DNA of 64,000 nt from Candidatus Omnitrophota bacterium (GCA_020429915.1 JAGQKV010000002.1:61-64060), one strand, 5' to 3'. Positions 47,609 through 57,495 are shown, numbered from the stretch's first letter. Made by a program: numbers and translations. The notes: generated from the letters alone by a model not told the origin.

Positions 47609-49285
47609 ATGAGCACTATGCTGACCCGGCTGTTTATCAGAAATTTCGGACTGATCGATGAAGTGGCCCTTGAATTCGGCCCCGGGCTGAATGTCCTGAC
47701 CGGTGAAACCGGTGCAGGCAAATCGATCCTGATCGAGGCTCTGCGTGTGGCACTCGGCGGGCGGCTGACGGCCACCCACATCCGTGACGCCCAAAAGCCC
47801 TGCGTTATCGAGGCCGTTTTTGACCTGACGAGTGCCAAGGGGATTAATTTTGAGGAAATCGGCGAATATTTTGAGGGCGGCACCGCGGACCTGATCATCC
47901 AGCGAACGGCCGCCGCGGACGGTAAGACCAAGCTGAGAATCAACGGTCTGAGCGCGACCGCCACCCAGCTCAAACAGCTTGGCCGCTTTCTGGTCGACTT
48001 TCACGGGGCTCACGATCATCAGCTGCTTCTCTCCGAGGACCAACACATCCGGATACTGGACCGACTCATCGATTTCGGCACGACAAGGGCCGAATATCAG
48101 GATTTATACGCCGCGTTTGAGGAGGTCTCCCGGCAGTGGCGGGAGCTCAAAAATCTCGCCCAGACCCGTGAGCGCGAACTGGATATGCTACAGCACCAGG
48201 TCTCCGAGCTGGAGCAGGTCCCGCTGGAGGCGGACGAATATGAACGGGTCAAAAGCGACTTAGCCAAGATCGACAATCTCGAGCGGCTCAGCGAATGCCT
48301 GGCGCAGCTGCTGGACCTGTTTGAGAATGACGAATACGGCATCAGCGGCCGCATCCAGAAGCTCTTTTCTCCCCTGCGGCAGTTGACCGAGACCGACGAA
48401 ACCACCGCCGAAATGATGGACCGGCTCGAGGAGTTTCAGTCCCGCGGCGAAGATCTGGCTTCCACTTTAAATGATTACGCGCAGAGCATGGATTTCGACG
48501 GGGGCACAGCCGAAGAGGTCCGGCGCAACGCCGATATCTACGATGAGATCCTTCGCAAATACGGTCCCGGCATCGCCGACGCGCGAGGGTTCTATTCGCG
48601 GGCCGCCGAGCGCCTGCGCTTGCTGTCCGATCTTGAGCATAATGACGCCGAACTGCGCGCCCGGCGCGCGGAACTTGAGTCCAAACTCAAGGTGGCTGCG
48701 AAGGCGGTGACCAAAAAAAGGAAGGCCGCCGCCAAGGATCTGAAGACGACGATCGAAAAGGAATTGAAGGAACTCGGCATCGCCGACGTGGTCTTCGAAT
48801 GCCGTTTAAGCGCTGGTGAATTGAACGCGGACGGGACCGATGAGGTCGCGTTTTATATCTCACCGAACGCCGGATTTGAACCCAAACCGCTGGCCGAGAT
48901 CGTCTCCTCCGGTGAGGCGGCGCGGGTGATGCTGGCTCTGAAAAAAGCGCTGATTAAGGTCGATCCCATCCCGGTGCTGATCTTTGATGAGATCGATGCC
49001 CAGATCGGCGGCCGGCTCGGGACGGTCACCGGACAGAAGTTGCGTGACATCTCCGGCCGGCGCCAGGTCATCCTGATCACCCATCTCCCCCAGATCGCCA
49101 GTTTTGCCGATCAACACTACAAGGTCGTCAAGACCACCAGAAACAAGGCCGCCATCACCGAAGTCCTCCCCCTCGACAAAACCGCCCGCATCGAAGAGCT
49201 CGCCCATATGATGAGCGGCAGTGAGAAAACGCAAATCTCCCTCGATCATGCCAGAAAATTGTTGGTGAGTGCCGGCCGAAAATAG
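47609..49285 (+). CDS. recN: DNA repair protein RecN
   Basis: N-terminal Walker A GETGAGKS, long coiled coil, C-terminal ABC signature/Walker B region; 558 aa. Confidence 0.92.
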   Translation: MSTMLTRLFIRNFGLIDEVALEFGPGLNVLTGETGAGKSILIEALRVALGGRLTATHIRDAQKPCVIEAVFDLTSAKGINFEEIGEYFEGGTADLIIQRTAAADGKTKLRINGLSATATQLKQLGRFLVDFHGAHDHQLLLSEDQHIRILDRLIDFGTTRAEYQDLYAAFEEVSRQWRELKNLAQTRERELDMLQHQVSELEQVPLEADEYERVKSDLAKIDNLERLSECLAQLLDLFENDEYGISGRIQKLFSPLRQLTETDETTAEMMDRLEEFQSRGEDLASTLNDYAQSMDFDGGTAEEVRRNADIYDEILRKYGPGIADARGFYSRAAERLRLLSDLEHNDAELRARRAELESKLKVAAKAVTKKRKAAAKDLKTTIEKELKELGIADVVFECRLSAGELNADGTDEVAFYISPNAGFEPKPLAEIVSSGEAARVMLALKKALIKVDPIPVLIFDEIDAQIGGRLGTVTGQKLRDISGRRQVILITHLPQIASFADQHYKVVKTTRNKAAITEVLPLDKTARIEELAHMMSGSEKTQISLDHARKLLVSAGRK

Positions 49286-49303
49286 GGCCGGGTGTCACCG
49301 CCT

Positions 49304-49996
49304 TCACTTCATTTTCGGGAGCGACGGGTTCAGTTCGGAAACCAAAAACCACAGGCACGGGATGCCTATGATCAGCAGGGTCTCGATGAGTTCCTCGGTC
49401 AGTTCATGGCTGCCGAACAGATGAACGTCCTGCGCGGTTTCGATCAGCATCAGGACCAGGATGGCAAGTACAAAGGAGCGGAATTCGTTTTTGAACCAGC
49501 CGGGTTTGACCCGGAAGATGGCCAACGTCTCCGAGCGGAACAGACTTTGAAGTGTCGGAATCCAGCGGCGTGTTTTCCGTTGGTATTGTGGATAGCTGAC
49601 CGGGAATTGCTCGACCAGCCACTGCTCCTCCCGGCGGATTTGCGGTAAATAAATGACGCAAAATCCGGCGAGGAACAGAAAGAATATCCACCATTGAAAC
49701 AGCGTGACGATAATCCCCGTTCCGATAAGGAATGTCCCGATATACATCGGGTTGCGGACCAGTCGGTATATTCCGGAGGTGACCAGTTGGTGCCCGTTTT
49801 GCGAAGCCTCCTTCTTGTGGTTCCGGGCGACGATCCGGACAAGAAATCCGCAGCACAACAACGCCAGCCCCAAGAGGTCGGTGAGTTCCTCCGGGCCCTC
49901 ACTTTTCCAGACGGGAAAGAACAGCCGCCAGTTCAGTATCACGACGATGAGGGAAAAGACCATCGCCATCCCTTGATATTTGATTCGGGTTTTCAT
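49304..49996 (-). CDS. Isoprenylcysteine carboxyl methyltransferase (ICMT)/phospholipid methyltransferase family membrane protein
   Basis: LVTSGIYRLVRNPMYIG motif plus several TM helices. Start at the internal MKTRIKYQ. Confidence 0.65.
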   Translation of the reverse strand: MKTRIKYQGMAMVFSLIVVILNWRLFFPVWKSEGPEELTDLLGLALLCCGFLVRIVARNHKKEASQNGHQLVTSGIYRLVRNPMYIGTFLIGTGIIVTLFQWWIFFLFLAGFCVIYLPQIRREEQWLVEQFPVSYPQYQRKTRRWIPTLQSLFRSETLAIFRVKPGWFKNEFRSFVLAILVLMLIETAQDVHLFGSHELTEELIETLLIIGIPCLWFLVSELNPSLPKMK

Positions 49997-50238
49997 CGGG
50001 GTTTCTCCTGTTGATCGATCAATGGGGGGTGCCGGTCGACCGGCCATCCTAATAAAGTTAGTGTAGCAGTAAGCTCAAAAAAGTATAGAGGCAATATTTA
50101 CCGGATTTAATGGGAGGGCCAAGTCACGGCCTCCTCCTTGATTTTTCCCCTCCCCTGTGCTAATTTACCATCTTCTTCGAATTCGGACCGGATCACCCGG
50201 TTTGTTATAGATTTCAACCATAATTGAAGGAGCGTATC

Positions 50239-51444
50239 ATGAAAAAGATCGGTATATTGACCAGCGGCGGGGATTGCGGGGGATTGAACGCGGTCGTCAA
50301 GGGCGCCGCGCAAATGGGCCTGACGCTGGGCATAAAATCGTACGTCATCCCCAACGGCTACGCGGGGCTGTACAATCTCGAGGAATTCGACAATCTGGTC
50401 GAGTTGACCCCCAACCGGGTGGATTTCGTTAACTCAAATCTGGCTGGTTCCGAGGCAGGCCATTCGCGGGTCAAGATCAAGAAGATCGACAACCCCGAGA
50501 AGTACGAGCGGATTAAGCGGGGGTTGAAGAAATTCGATATCGACGGCCTGGTGATCTCCGGGGGGGACGACTCCGGATCGGTTATGGTCGACCTCAACGA
50601 GCACGGCATCAAGTGCATCCATGCGCCAAAGACCATGGATCTCGACCTGCAGTCCTATTCCGTCGGTTTCGACTCGACCGTCAACCGGATCGCCGTGTTT
50701 GCCGAGGACATCAAGACCACCGGCCGCACCCACAACCGTATCATCATCATGGACGTCTTCGGCCGCTACGCGGGACACACCGCCTTCCGTTCGGGGATTG
50801 CCGCCGAGGCGGATGCCATTCTGATCCCGGAGATCCCGGTCAATTTCGACGTGGTTTATGAGCACTGCAAGGAGCGCTTCATGCATCGTGTGCGCAGCAG
50901 CGACGTGAAGGCCGGGACCTATCTGGTCATCGTGGCCGAGGGGCTGCGTGACGCCAGTGGTAACGAGTTGATCGATGAGACCGCTCCTCCCGACGCCTTC
51001 GGGCACAAGCGCCTGGCCGGGGCCGGCAAGTTCGTGACCAATCAGCTCAGTGCGCGATTTAAGGCCGATGCGGACGTTAAGGACTTTATGAAGGAACAAA
51101 AGATGTTCGTCGAGGGATTATACGAAGTTCCGGAAGTCCGCGCCGTATCTCCGGGCCACCTCGTGCGTTGCGGTCACTCCTCGGTGTACGACGTAAACTT
51201 CGGCAAGGAAGTCGGCGGATCGGCGGTGGTGCTGTTGAATAACGGTATTACGGGAAAGACCGTGGTCGGCGTCAATCACGGGATCATCGAGTACCAGGAC
51301 ACCTCCGAGGTCATCAAGCAGCGTCACGTCGACTTGGCCACCGTCTCTTTCTATGAAAAGCTGGGGATCTGTTTCGGTCGCCGGCCGGTGGATAAGGAGC
51401 TCACTTTCAGGGAAAAGACGGGGACGATTGAACGGTTCATGTAA
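50239..51444 (+). CDS. pfk: 6-phosphofructokinase (long ATP/PPi-type)
   Basis: IGILTSGGDCGGLNA and GGDDSG motifs. GAAGGAG RBS 7 nt upstream of ATG 50239. Confidence 0.88.
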   Translation: MKKIGILTSGGDCGGLNAVVKGAAQMGLTLGIKSYVIPNGYAGLYNLEEFDNLVELTPNRVDFVNSNLAGSEAGHSRVKIKKIDNPEKYERIKRGLKKFDIDGLVISGGDDSGSVMVDLNEHGIKCIHAPKTMDLDLQSYSVGFDSTVNRIAVFAEDIKTTGRTHNRIIIMDVFGRYAGHTAFRSGIAAEADAILIPEIPVNFDVVYEHCKERFMHRVRSSDVKAGTYLVIVAEGLRDASGNELIDETAPPDAFGHKRLAGAGKFVTNQLSARFKADADVKDFMKEQKMFVEGLYEVPEVRAVSPGHLVRCGHSSVYDVNFGKEVGGSAVVLLNNGITGKTVVGVNHGIIEYQDTSEVIKQRHVDLATVSFYEKLGICFGRRPVDKELTFREKTGTIERFM

Positions 51445-51446
51445 TT

Positions 51447-51545
51447 TTTGAATATCGAAATCCGAATTTCGAATCATCTCGTCTGCGAATTGTCAAACGG
51501 ACCATGTGGTCCAGTTCGGTCATCAGGTCCTTCGATATTCGGATT
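51447..51545. repeat. Intergenic repeat element, TTCGAATATCGAA family (copy C)
   Basis: tttttgaatatcgaaatccgaatttcgaatc ... ccttcgatattcggatttcgc, placed between the pfk stop and the terminator. Confidence 0.65.
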
Positions 51546-51556
51546 TCGCAATACAA

Positions 51557-51596
51557 TAAAAAAGGCTGACATGCGTAATGCACGTCAGCCTTTTTT
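51557..51596. terminator. Bidirectional Rho-independent terminator
   Basis: AAAAAAA-GGCTGAC...GTCAGCC-TTTTTT. Serves pfk (+) and the mgtE/small-protein transcript (-). Confidence 0.7.
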
Positions 51597-51616
51597 GTGA
51601 AAATTTAATGTTGCTG

Positions 51617-51763
51617 TTACTCTTCTTCCTCGTAAATTCGCGTGATGATTTTCTTGGTTTGTTTGGCCTGCCTGCCTTTAGGCGGGCCGTCGCTGAAGCT
51701 GGTGTTGTCGCGGTATTTCTTGGTTTGTTTCTTCATCCTTTGCATGTCTTCCGATTGCTTCAT
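51617..51763 (-). CDS. Small Lys-rich protein (48 aa)
   Basis: MKQSEDMQRMKKQTKKYRDNTSFSDGPPKGRQAKQTKKIITRIYEEEE with a strong AAAGGAG RBS, 22 nt downstream of mgtE. Below the ORF track size cutoff. Confidence 0.4.
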   Translation of the reverse strand: MKQSEDMQRMKKQTKKYRDNTSFSDGPPKGRQAKQTKKIITRIYEEEE

Positions 51764-51785
51764 AGAACGACTCCTTTGGTGCGCA

Positions 51786-53144
51786 TTAGTGGATGAGTGA
51801 TAACAGGCTCGTCGCGAATCCGAGCGTGAGCAGAAATCCGCACATGTCGGTGACCGTGGTCAAGATGGGTCCCGATGCCAAGGCAGGATCTTTGCCCCAT
51901 TTTTGCAGGACCAGCGGGATCGTCCCGCCGATGCAGACTGCGATAATCGTGTTAAAGAGCAAGGCCCCCCCGATGACGAGGCCGAGATAAAAATTTCCTT
52001 TCCAGAGAAAAGCGACGCCACCGAGCAGGATTCCCAAGACGGTTCCGTTGATGAGTCCGACGATGGACTCTTTTAGTATAACATTAATAATATCCGTTGG
52101 CTTGCTGATTCCCAAAGTTATTTCCCGGATGCTGACCGCCACGGCCTGATTCCCCGAGCAGCCGCTCATGTCCGAAATGATGGGCAGAAACACGGCCAGC
52201 GCGATCACCGCCGACACGGTGTCCTGGTACATTGCGATAACACTCGCTGCCGCAATGTTTAAGAGAATGTTGATGCTCAGCCAGGAGAGTCGGCGCTTGG
52301 AGCGTACCAGCAGCGGCATCGAACGCAGCTCCTCACCCCCCACAATCCCGCTTGATTTGAGGTAATTGTCAGCTTCACGCTCCCCAACGGCCTCCATAAC
52401 CTCGTATCTTAGGGCGACGCCAGCCAGCCGGCCCTTACGGTCGATGACCGGGATGCCGAGAAACTCGTGTGTCTCAAAGAGATCCAGCAATTCATCCAGA
52501 TCGGCATCAACTGACACCATGGTCAGCTCGCCTTTCATAACCTTACCGACCGGTGTGTCGCGTGGGGTCCAGACCAGGGTCCGCAGCGGCAGCACCCCTC
52601 GCAGGCAGCCGTCCCGGTCCACCACATACACATACTGAATGTCGTATTCCCCGTACTGCTCCCTGTTCTCGCGCAGGTCATCCAGGACATCCCCTACCTT
52701 CATATTTTCGGGGTAGGACAACACTGCGGTGTTCATGATCCCGCCGGCGGTGTCTTCCTCGTATTTCAGGAGCTGGCGGACCTCCTTGCGGTCCTTCAAC
52801 GGCAGGTTGGCGATGATCGCCTGTGTGGCGTCATCAGAGCTAATCTCATTAAGGATGTCGATCTGGTCATTGATGGGCAGCATCTCGACCACGTCCGCGG
52901 CCGTCTCGTGATTCATGGCCTCGATCAGTCCGGCCCCCTGCTCGTCCGAGAGGTCCTGGATGATCTCCGCCGCTTGGTCCGGTGAGATCAGCTCAAAGAT
53001 GCGGTCGATCGCCTCCCGGTCCAGTCGGGCAAAGGTGCGGGCGCGTTCGGAGGGCGCCAGCGTCCCGATATAATGCTCGAGTTCAACCGGGTCGCCGGCC
53101 TCCACGTGTTCCAGCAGGATTTTCCAGGGGGTGTCTTGGCTCAT
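51786..53144 (-). CDS. mgtE: Magnesium transporter MgtE
   Basis: MgtE N-domain, tandem CBS domains, and C-terminal TM domain with the GN/D-rich MgtE signature. Confidence 0.9.
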   Translation of the reverse strand: MSQDTPWKILLEHVEAGDPVELEHYIGTLAPSERARTFARLDREAIDRIFELISPDQAAEIIQDLSDEQGAGLIEAMNHETAADVVEMLPINDQIDILNEISSDDATQAIIANLPLKDRKEVRQLLKYEEDTAGGIMNTAVLSYPENMKVGDVLDDLRENREQYGEYDIQYVYVVDRDGCLRGVLPLRTLVWTPRDTPVGKVMKGELTMVSVDADLDELLDLFETHEFLGIPVIDRKGRLAGVALRYEVMEAVGEREADNYLKSSGIVGGEELRSMPLLVRSKRRLSWLSINILLNIAAASVIAMYQDTVSAVIALAVFLPIISDMSGCSGNQAVAVSIREITLGISKPTDIINVILKESIVGLINGTVLGILLGGVAFLWKGNFYLGLVIGGALLFNTIIAVCIGGTIPLVLQKWGKDPALASGPILTTVTDMCGFLLTLGFATSLLSLIH

Positions 53145-54424
53145 GATTCCCGGAGATATCCCCAGCTGTGCAGCCGGTCGCTGTCTTCATACCAGCGGTC
53201 GCCGATATCGGTGCGATAGTACATACTGGGGATCATGATATTGCTGACCCGGCTGTAGGCCTGGGCCTGCGCCTGGCGCAACGTCATCCCGGTACCGCAC
53301 ACGACCAGAATCACACCGGTATTGCCGGCGACCAGCCACTGGTCATTGATCTTCTTGACGTCCACGATGTGCACGCCGTCGTAGTTGGGTTTCTTGAAGA
53401 AGATCACTGCGTCCTTGGACATGTTGCGGAAGGTCTGATGGTCGTTGAACGGGTACGGCGGGACGATAATGCGGACGCCGATCTGGAAGCCGGACTTGGT
53501 CTTGAACTGGGTGAGCGTCCCGTCGGCCAGCCCGTAGAAAAATTCGCTGATCGGCATCTGGATGCCTTCCTGTTGGATGCTGATGGTGGGATACCCGAAG
53601 CGGGCGGTGAACTCCAGCGGATAAATCCCCTGCGCGTTGACGATGCAGTTGATGTCGATGTAACCCACATAGCCTTCTTCCCGCAGCTTGGGTTCCATTT
53701 TTTTAAGCGTCGCGTTGAAGATCTTGTTTTCGCCGCTCCAGTACATCGACGTGCCCATCTCACCGGTAGACGGCCCGATATTTCCGGGAAAGAGTTTCTT
53801 GTGTTCGAAATTGATGTTGATCGGCAGCGCGAATTGTTTGCCGTTGAAAAATGCGCCGACCGCGATCTCGACGCCGGTGACCCGCCGCTGCAGCTGAAAG
53901 ACCTTGATCTTGTTCGACCAGGCCTTCCTGTATCCTTCCAGGACCTGCAGCACGTCCTGCCCGGTCTCGTCTTCCCCGACGAAGAGCAGTCGTTTGATAT
54001 TCTGAGCCTCCCCGCTGGGCTTGATGACGTAGCGGTTGGGATTTTTGCGGACGTACTCCAGGGCGTCATCGAAGGAGGTGAATTCCACGAAGGGGATGAT
54101 GTTCACGCCGTATTTCTTGAGTTCTTCCTGGCCGAAGGTGCGGTCATCCTCGAGCCGGTCGGTGTACTCGGTCCCGCCGATGACGCGTTTCCCCTTTTTG
54201 CGCAGCTCGGCGGCGAGCTTGCCGTGACCGAGCACATCATCGAAGACGATTACGTCAGCCCAGTCGGCGTCCGCCCGCCAGTTGTCGCTTTTGGGAACAA
54301 AGCCGTCAGCAATGTCGCGGGCGTCTTTGTTTTTGATGAAGTATTTGACCTGGTGACCTTCGGTAGCGACATGCCAGGCGATGTCGTTGATCAGGCCATC
54401 GTAAGAGACAAAAAGGAATTTCAT
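53141..54424 (-). CDS. ATP-grasp enzyme, phosphoribosylamine--glycine ligase (PurD)-like
   Basis: FEHKKLFPGNIGPSTGEMGTSMYW resembles PurD QDHKRxxDGDxGPNTGGMGAYSP. ATP-grasp layout, divergent N-terminus. Stop overlaps the mgtE start (ATGA). Confidence 0.6.
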   Translation of the reverse strand: MKFLFVSYDGLINDIAWHVATEGHQVKYFIKNKDARDIADGFVPKSDNWRADADWADVIVFDDVLGHGKLAAELRKKGKRVIGGTEYTDRLEDDRTFGQEELKKYGVNIIPFVEFTSFDDALEYVRKNPNRYVIKPSGEAQNIKRLLFVGEDETGQDVLQVLEGYRKAWSNKIKVFQLQRRVTGVEIAVGAFFNGKQFALPININFEHKKLFPGNIGPSTGEMGTSMYWSGENKIFNATLKKMEPKLREEGYVGYIDINCIVNAQGIYPLEFTARFGYPTISIQQEGIQMPISEFFYGLADGTLTQFKTKSGFQIGVRIIVPPYPFNDHQTFRNMSKDAVIFFKKPNYDGVHIVDVKKINDQWLVAGNTGVILVVCGTGMTLRQAQAQAYSRVSNIMIPSMYYRTDIGDRWYEDSDRLHSWGYLRES

Positions 54425-54533
54425 ACGGCGGGTACTCCTTTCTGATTGGCGGGTCCGTTTCCTTGACCATATTAGCGTATTTTGAGGAAAATTAAAGGGA
54501 TTTTGCGCTGGGATGCGGCTTGGGAGTGGTCGT

Positions 54534-55112
54534 TTACAAAGCCCAATTGATAAACCGGCCTCCTTCCGAACGCGTTAAGGGCGCGACAGTGTCGAAGCGG
54601 GTTTTGAGTTCGAGGATCTGGTTGGTGGTGGGATTGCTGAAGACGGCGAGGCTGTAATTGGTGTCGCCGATAATAAAAATCACCGCCCGCCGGCACGGCA
54701 GTTGGCGCAGCTGATGGATCCAGGTGCGTCCGGCGCGGCAGGCGATTTCGAACTGGGCCAGGCGGTTTTTGGTGACCTTGGACAGCTGGATCTGGTTGAT
54801 CATCGCCTCCGATTTAAAGCGGCCGTATTGCTTCACATATTTGGACGGGTCGAAGCGGCGGTCGAAATCGGTGACGTACAGCCCCTTCTTGCTGTACTGA
54901 AATTCCGGGGACAGGACCCACAACAGGTAGGTCAGCGATGAAATCTTCTGCGGATGAAAGTCCCCGCCGGCGATCAACTCTTTGATCTCCGGCCAGCCCA
55001 CCGTATAGCGCATCCCCTTGGGCCAGCTCTTCAGCTTGAGGTATCGGGAGACCTCCTCTTTGTTGAATTCCGGTTCGGGATGAAAAATGATGACGGAGCG
55101 GTCCGACGGCAT
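54534..55112 (-). CDS. Hypothetical protein (192 aa)
   Basis: ORF with protein-like composition; no motif recognised. Confidence 0.4.
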   Translation of the reverse strand: MPSDRSVIIFHPEPEFNKEEVSRYLKLKSWPKGMRYTVGWPEIKELIAGGDFHPQKISSLTYLLWVLSPEFQYSKKGLYVTDFDRRFDPSKYVKQYGRFKSEAMINQIQLSKVTKNRLAQFEIACRAGRTWIHQLRQLPCRRAVIFIIGDTNYSLAVFSNPTTNQILELKTRFDTVAPLTRSEGGRFINWAL

Positions 55113-55129
55113 GCTGATGTAACCTCCTG

Positions 55130-56179
55130 TTAGGTCCGAAACGGCGTCGCGTCCAAGCCGTCATGGCGTTGGCCGGAGTCGCGCATTTGCGGAGCCCCGG
55201 TGCCGCTTTCAAAAATCTTGTTGCCGTCCGGATCGAACTCTTCGATATAAATCAGATTGTGGTTTTGATAGTACTTGATGACCCGTAGCGTTCCGGACAG
55301 ATAGTATTCAAAGCTGCGGCCCTGGAACTGACCGTTCTCAAAATGATACCGGCTGTACAGGTTCCCGTCCGGCAGGTAGATCTCGCGGTCGGCGTGCAAA
55401 CGTCCGTCGCGAAAGCGGCGGATGAGCATCGGCCGTCCGTCGGCGTAATCGAGTCGGTGTTCGCCCTGCAGCGGCCGGCCTTCCGAATCATAAAAGACAT
55501 TGCTGCGCGCGGTCAGCTTATCGATTATCTTACCGTTTATATCATAAACGGCAACCTCTCCGTGCGGTTTTCTGTTGACGAAGGCCGCGCTCTGCCACAG
55601 GCCGCCGTTCGGATAAAAGTACTCGGCGCGGTGGACGATGGTGTCCTCGGGCGCGGTGAAGCGGTACGACAGCTGGCCGTTGTCATAGAAATTGACGTAG
55701 GTCCCCCGCGGCAGGCCGCCGGCAAAGATATAGTCCTGCCGGAGTTGTCCGTCAAAATAGTAACATTTTTTGACGCCGTGAAGTCGGCCGTCCTGAAAAT
55801 TCGTCAGCATACGCAATTGTCCGGAGGCAAAAAGATCACGGCACCGCGACTGCGTGTGCCCGTCCGCTGTCCGGTGTTCACACTCCTGCCGCCCGGTGCG
55901 GTACTCCTTGATCTCCCTTTCGGCTACCGGACCTTGATCCGCGCTGAGGCTATTGTTGCTTGCAAGAGGGGAAATGACAACGTATCCCGAGAGGACTCGT
56001 GCAATGATGCAGCCGTTAAGAAAGATTTGTGTGAAAGCGTGTGATATCCGTTGTCGGCTTGGATGCCTTTTTGCCAGTATCCGAAATCCGCAACCAAACT
56101 TGGTTTCCATAGACTGATGGCGACTATTGAGAGGACAGGTAATACGCATGCCAGAAAGATAATCCGCCAGCGCAACCAC
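55130..56179 (-). CDS. MORN-variant repeat (YwqK-family) protein; N-terminus uncertain
   Basis: YxDGxLxxE/GxxxxGxxxG repeats run from about residue 85 onward. The first ~85 aa of this frame look non-protein-like. The overlapping ORF 55924..56262 in another frame encodes a TM anchor and ends exactly where the MORN repeats begin, suggesting a frameshift. Confidence 0.55.
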   Translation of the reverse strand: MVALADYLSGMRITCPLNSRHQSMETKFGCGFRILAKRHPSRQRISHAFTQIFLNGCIIARVLSGYVVISPLASNNSLSADQGPVAEREIKEYRTGRQECEHRTADGHTQSRCRDLFASGQLRMLTNFQDGRLHGVKKCYYFDGQLRQDYIFAGGLPRGTYVNFYDNGQLSYRFTAPEDTIVHRAEYFYPNGGLWQSAAFVNRKPHGEVAVYDINGKIIDKLTARSNVFYDSEGRPLQGEHRLDYADGRPMLIRRFRDGRLHADREIYLPDGNLYSRYHFENGQFQGRSFEYYLSGTLRVIKYYQNHNLIYIEEFDPDGNKIFESGTGAPQMRDSGQRHDGLDATPFRT

Positions 56180-56321
56180 AGATTCTGTTTGCTTTGATCA
56201 TGGTTGGTGTGATTGTCGTTATTTGGTATCTTAGCCCCGCTATTTTCGCTGGAGTTAGTCATTTTTTTTCCGACTTCGTTATGAAGTAATCTCTATATTT
56301 CTACCCCCGCGGGGACGGCTT

Positions 56322-56852
56322 TCAGTCATTCAGGTAGGCGATTACAATGGAACGGTTCTTCTGTTGTTGCATCCATTCGCGAAGGTCCTTCAGGATCTCA
56401 TATTTTGCGCCGAATTTCTCTCTGTACACGAGCTCCATTGCCGCCTGATGGGCATCCTTGCGGACCTTCTTTTGCCATTGAGTTGTAAAAACTTTGTTTA
56501 GCTCATCATGCAGGCCGTGGCTGTACAAAACCTTGAACTCATTGGCATCCATCCATATTCCGTTACAGCGCAGGCAGTGATCGAGATAAAAATCGATTCC
56601 GTGCCCCACCTTGAATTTCACCAGGATATGCCCGCAATCAGGGCAGATTTTTCCCTTCAGCGAATCACCATTCTCATGTGAGAACTCATTGTACATTAAT
56701 TTCTCACTGCGTTCGTCCCGTCGGTTGAGGTAGACTTCATACTTTGAAGAGGATATCCATTGACCATGGCAACGGGAACATTCCTTTACAAGAAGTCCCG
56801 TGATGATCTCCTTCTCGCTCAATGTCGCGCTTTCGCAATTCGGACAGTACAT
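56322..56852 (-). CDS. Double zinc-ribbon protein
   Basis: CPNC...CSRC and CPDC...CLRC pairs; AAGGAG RBS. Confidence 0.6.
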   Translation of the reverse strand: MYCPNCESATLSEKEIITGLLVKECSRCHGQWISSSKYEVYLNRRDERSEKLMYNEFSHENGDSLKGKICPDCGHILVKFKVGHGIDFYLDHCLRCNGIWMDANEFKVLYSHGLHDELNKVFTTQWQKKVRKDAHQAAMELVYREKFGAKYEILKDLREWMQQQKNRSIVIAYLND

Positions 56853-56870
56853 GGCATTCTCCTTGATTAA

Positions 56871-57275
56871 TCAGTGAGCGGTTCGATGACCTCGTGGGTA
56901 TGGTGGATGCCTTCCATCACGGTGGCCGTAGTGGGGATGTTTGCCGGCTTCGCGTTTCTGCCATTCGTAAACGTCGTCGGTGATGATCAGGCGGCGATGG
57001 CTTTTGATCGGTTTGCGAAAGGCCGGTTTTTCACCGATCGTTTCGGCGCGGGCGTTGATCATTTTAAAGCCGATTTTTTCGTCCTTGGCCCAAGACGGCA
57101 CCAGCCCCCAGCGTGCGCGGAGCAGTTCGTCGGGACGCTCATTGAGGATCACCGGCACACTCTGTTCCGGTGCGATATTAAACCACGGCTTCAAATCATC
57201 GACGATCTTCCTCAAACGGAAACGCTTGAGCAGTTTTTCTTTTTCCGTCCGGGTTTGGGCAAACCTTCCACACAT
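56871..57275 (-). CDS. SOS response-associated peptidase (SRAP/YedK family), C-terminally short
   Basis: MCGRFAQ N-terminus (catalytic Cys2), then ...NIAP...RWGLVPSWAKD...NARAET...RRLIITDDVYEWQK. Ends in a His-rich tail after ~133 aa instead of continuing through the AGLWE/His region. Confidence 0.6.
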   Translation of the reverse strand: MCGRFAQTRTEKEKLLKRFRLRKIVDDLKPWFNIAPEQSVPVILNERPDELLRARWGLVPSWAKDEKIGFKMINARAETIGEKPAFRKPIKSHRRLIITDDVYEWQKREAGKHPHYGHRDGRHPPYPRGHRTAH

Positions 57276-57305
57276 GCCGTGCCTCCATTTAATCGGTATT
57301 GACGG

Positions 57306-57492
57306 AATATCTTCGAATATCGAAGGAAATTCCAATTTCCTAATTACCGAATGTTCGAAACTCGGGATAAGGGTGAAACTATATTTACAAGACTACATCT
57401 TTTCGACGATGGGCGCCGGTGGCGTTTCGAAAATTCGAGGATTTGGTCATTCGATATTCCTTCGATATTCGAAGATTCGATATTCGAAATTC
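57306..57492. repeat. Intergenic repeat element, TTCGAATATCGAA family (copy D)
   Basis: cttcgaatatcgaaggaaattcc..taattaccgaatgttcgaaac...ggtcattcgatattccttcgatattcgaagattcgatattcgaaattcc. Near-identical to the block at 9391..9437 and related to 4060..4130. Confidence 0.7.
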
Positions 57493-57495
57493 CAC

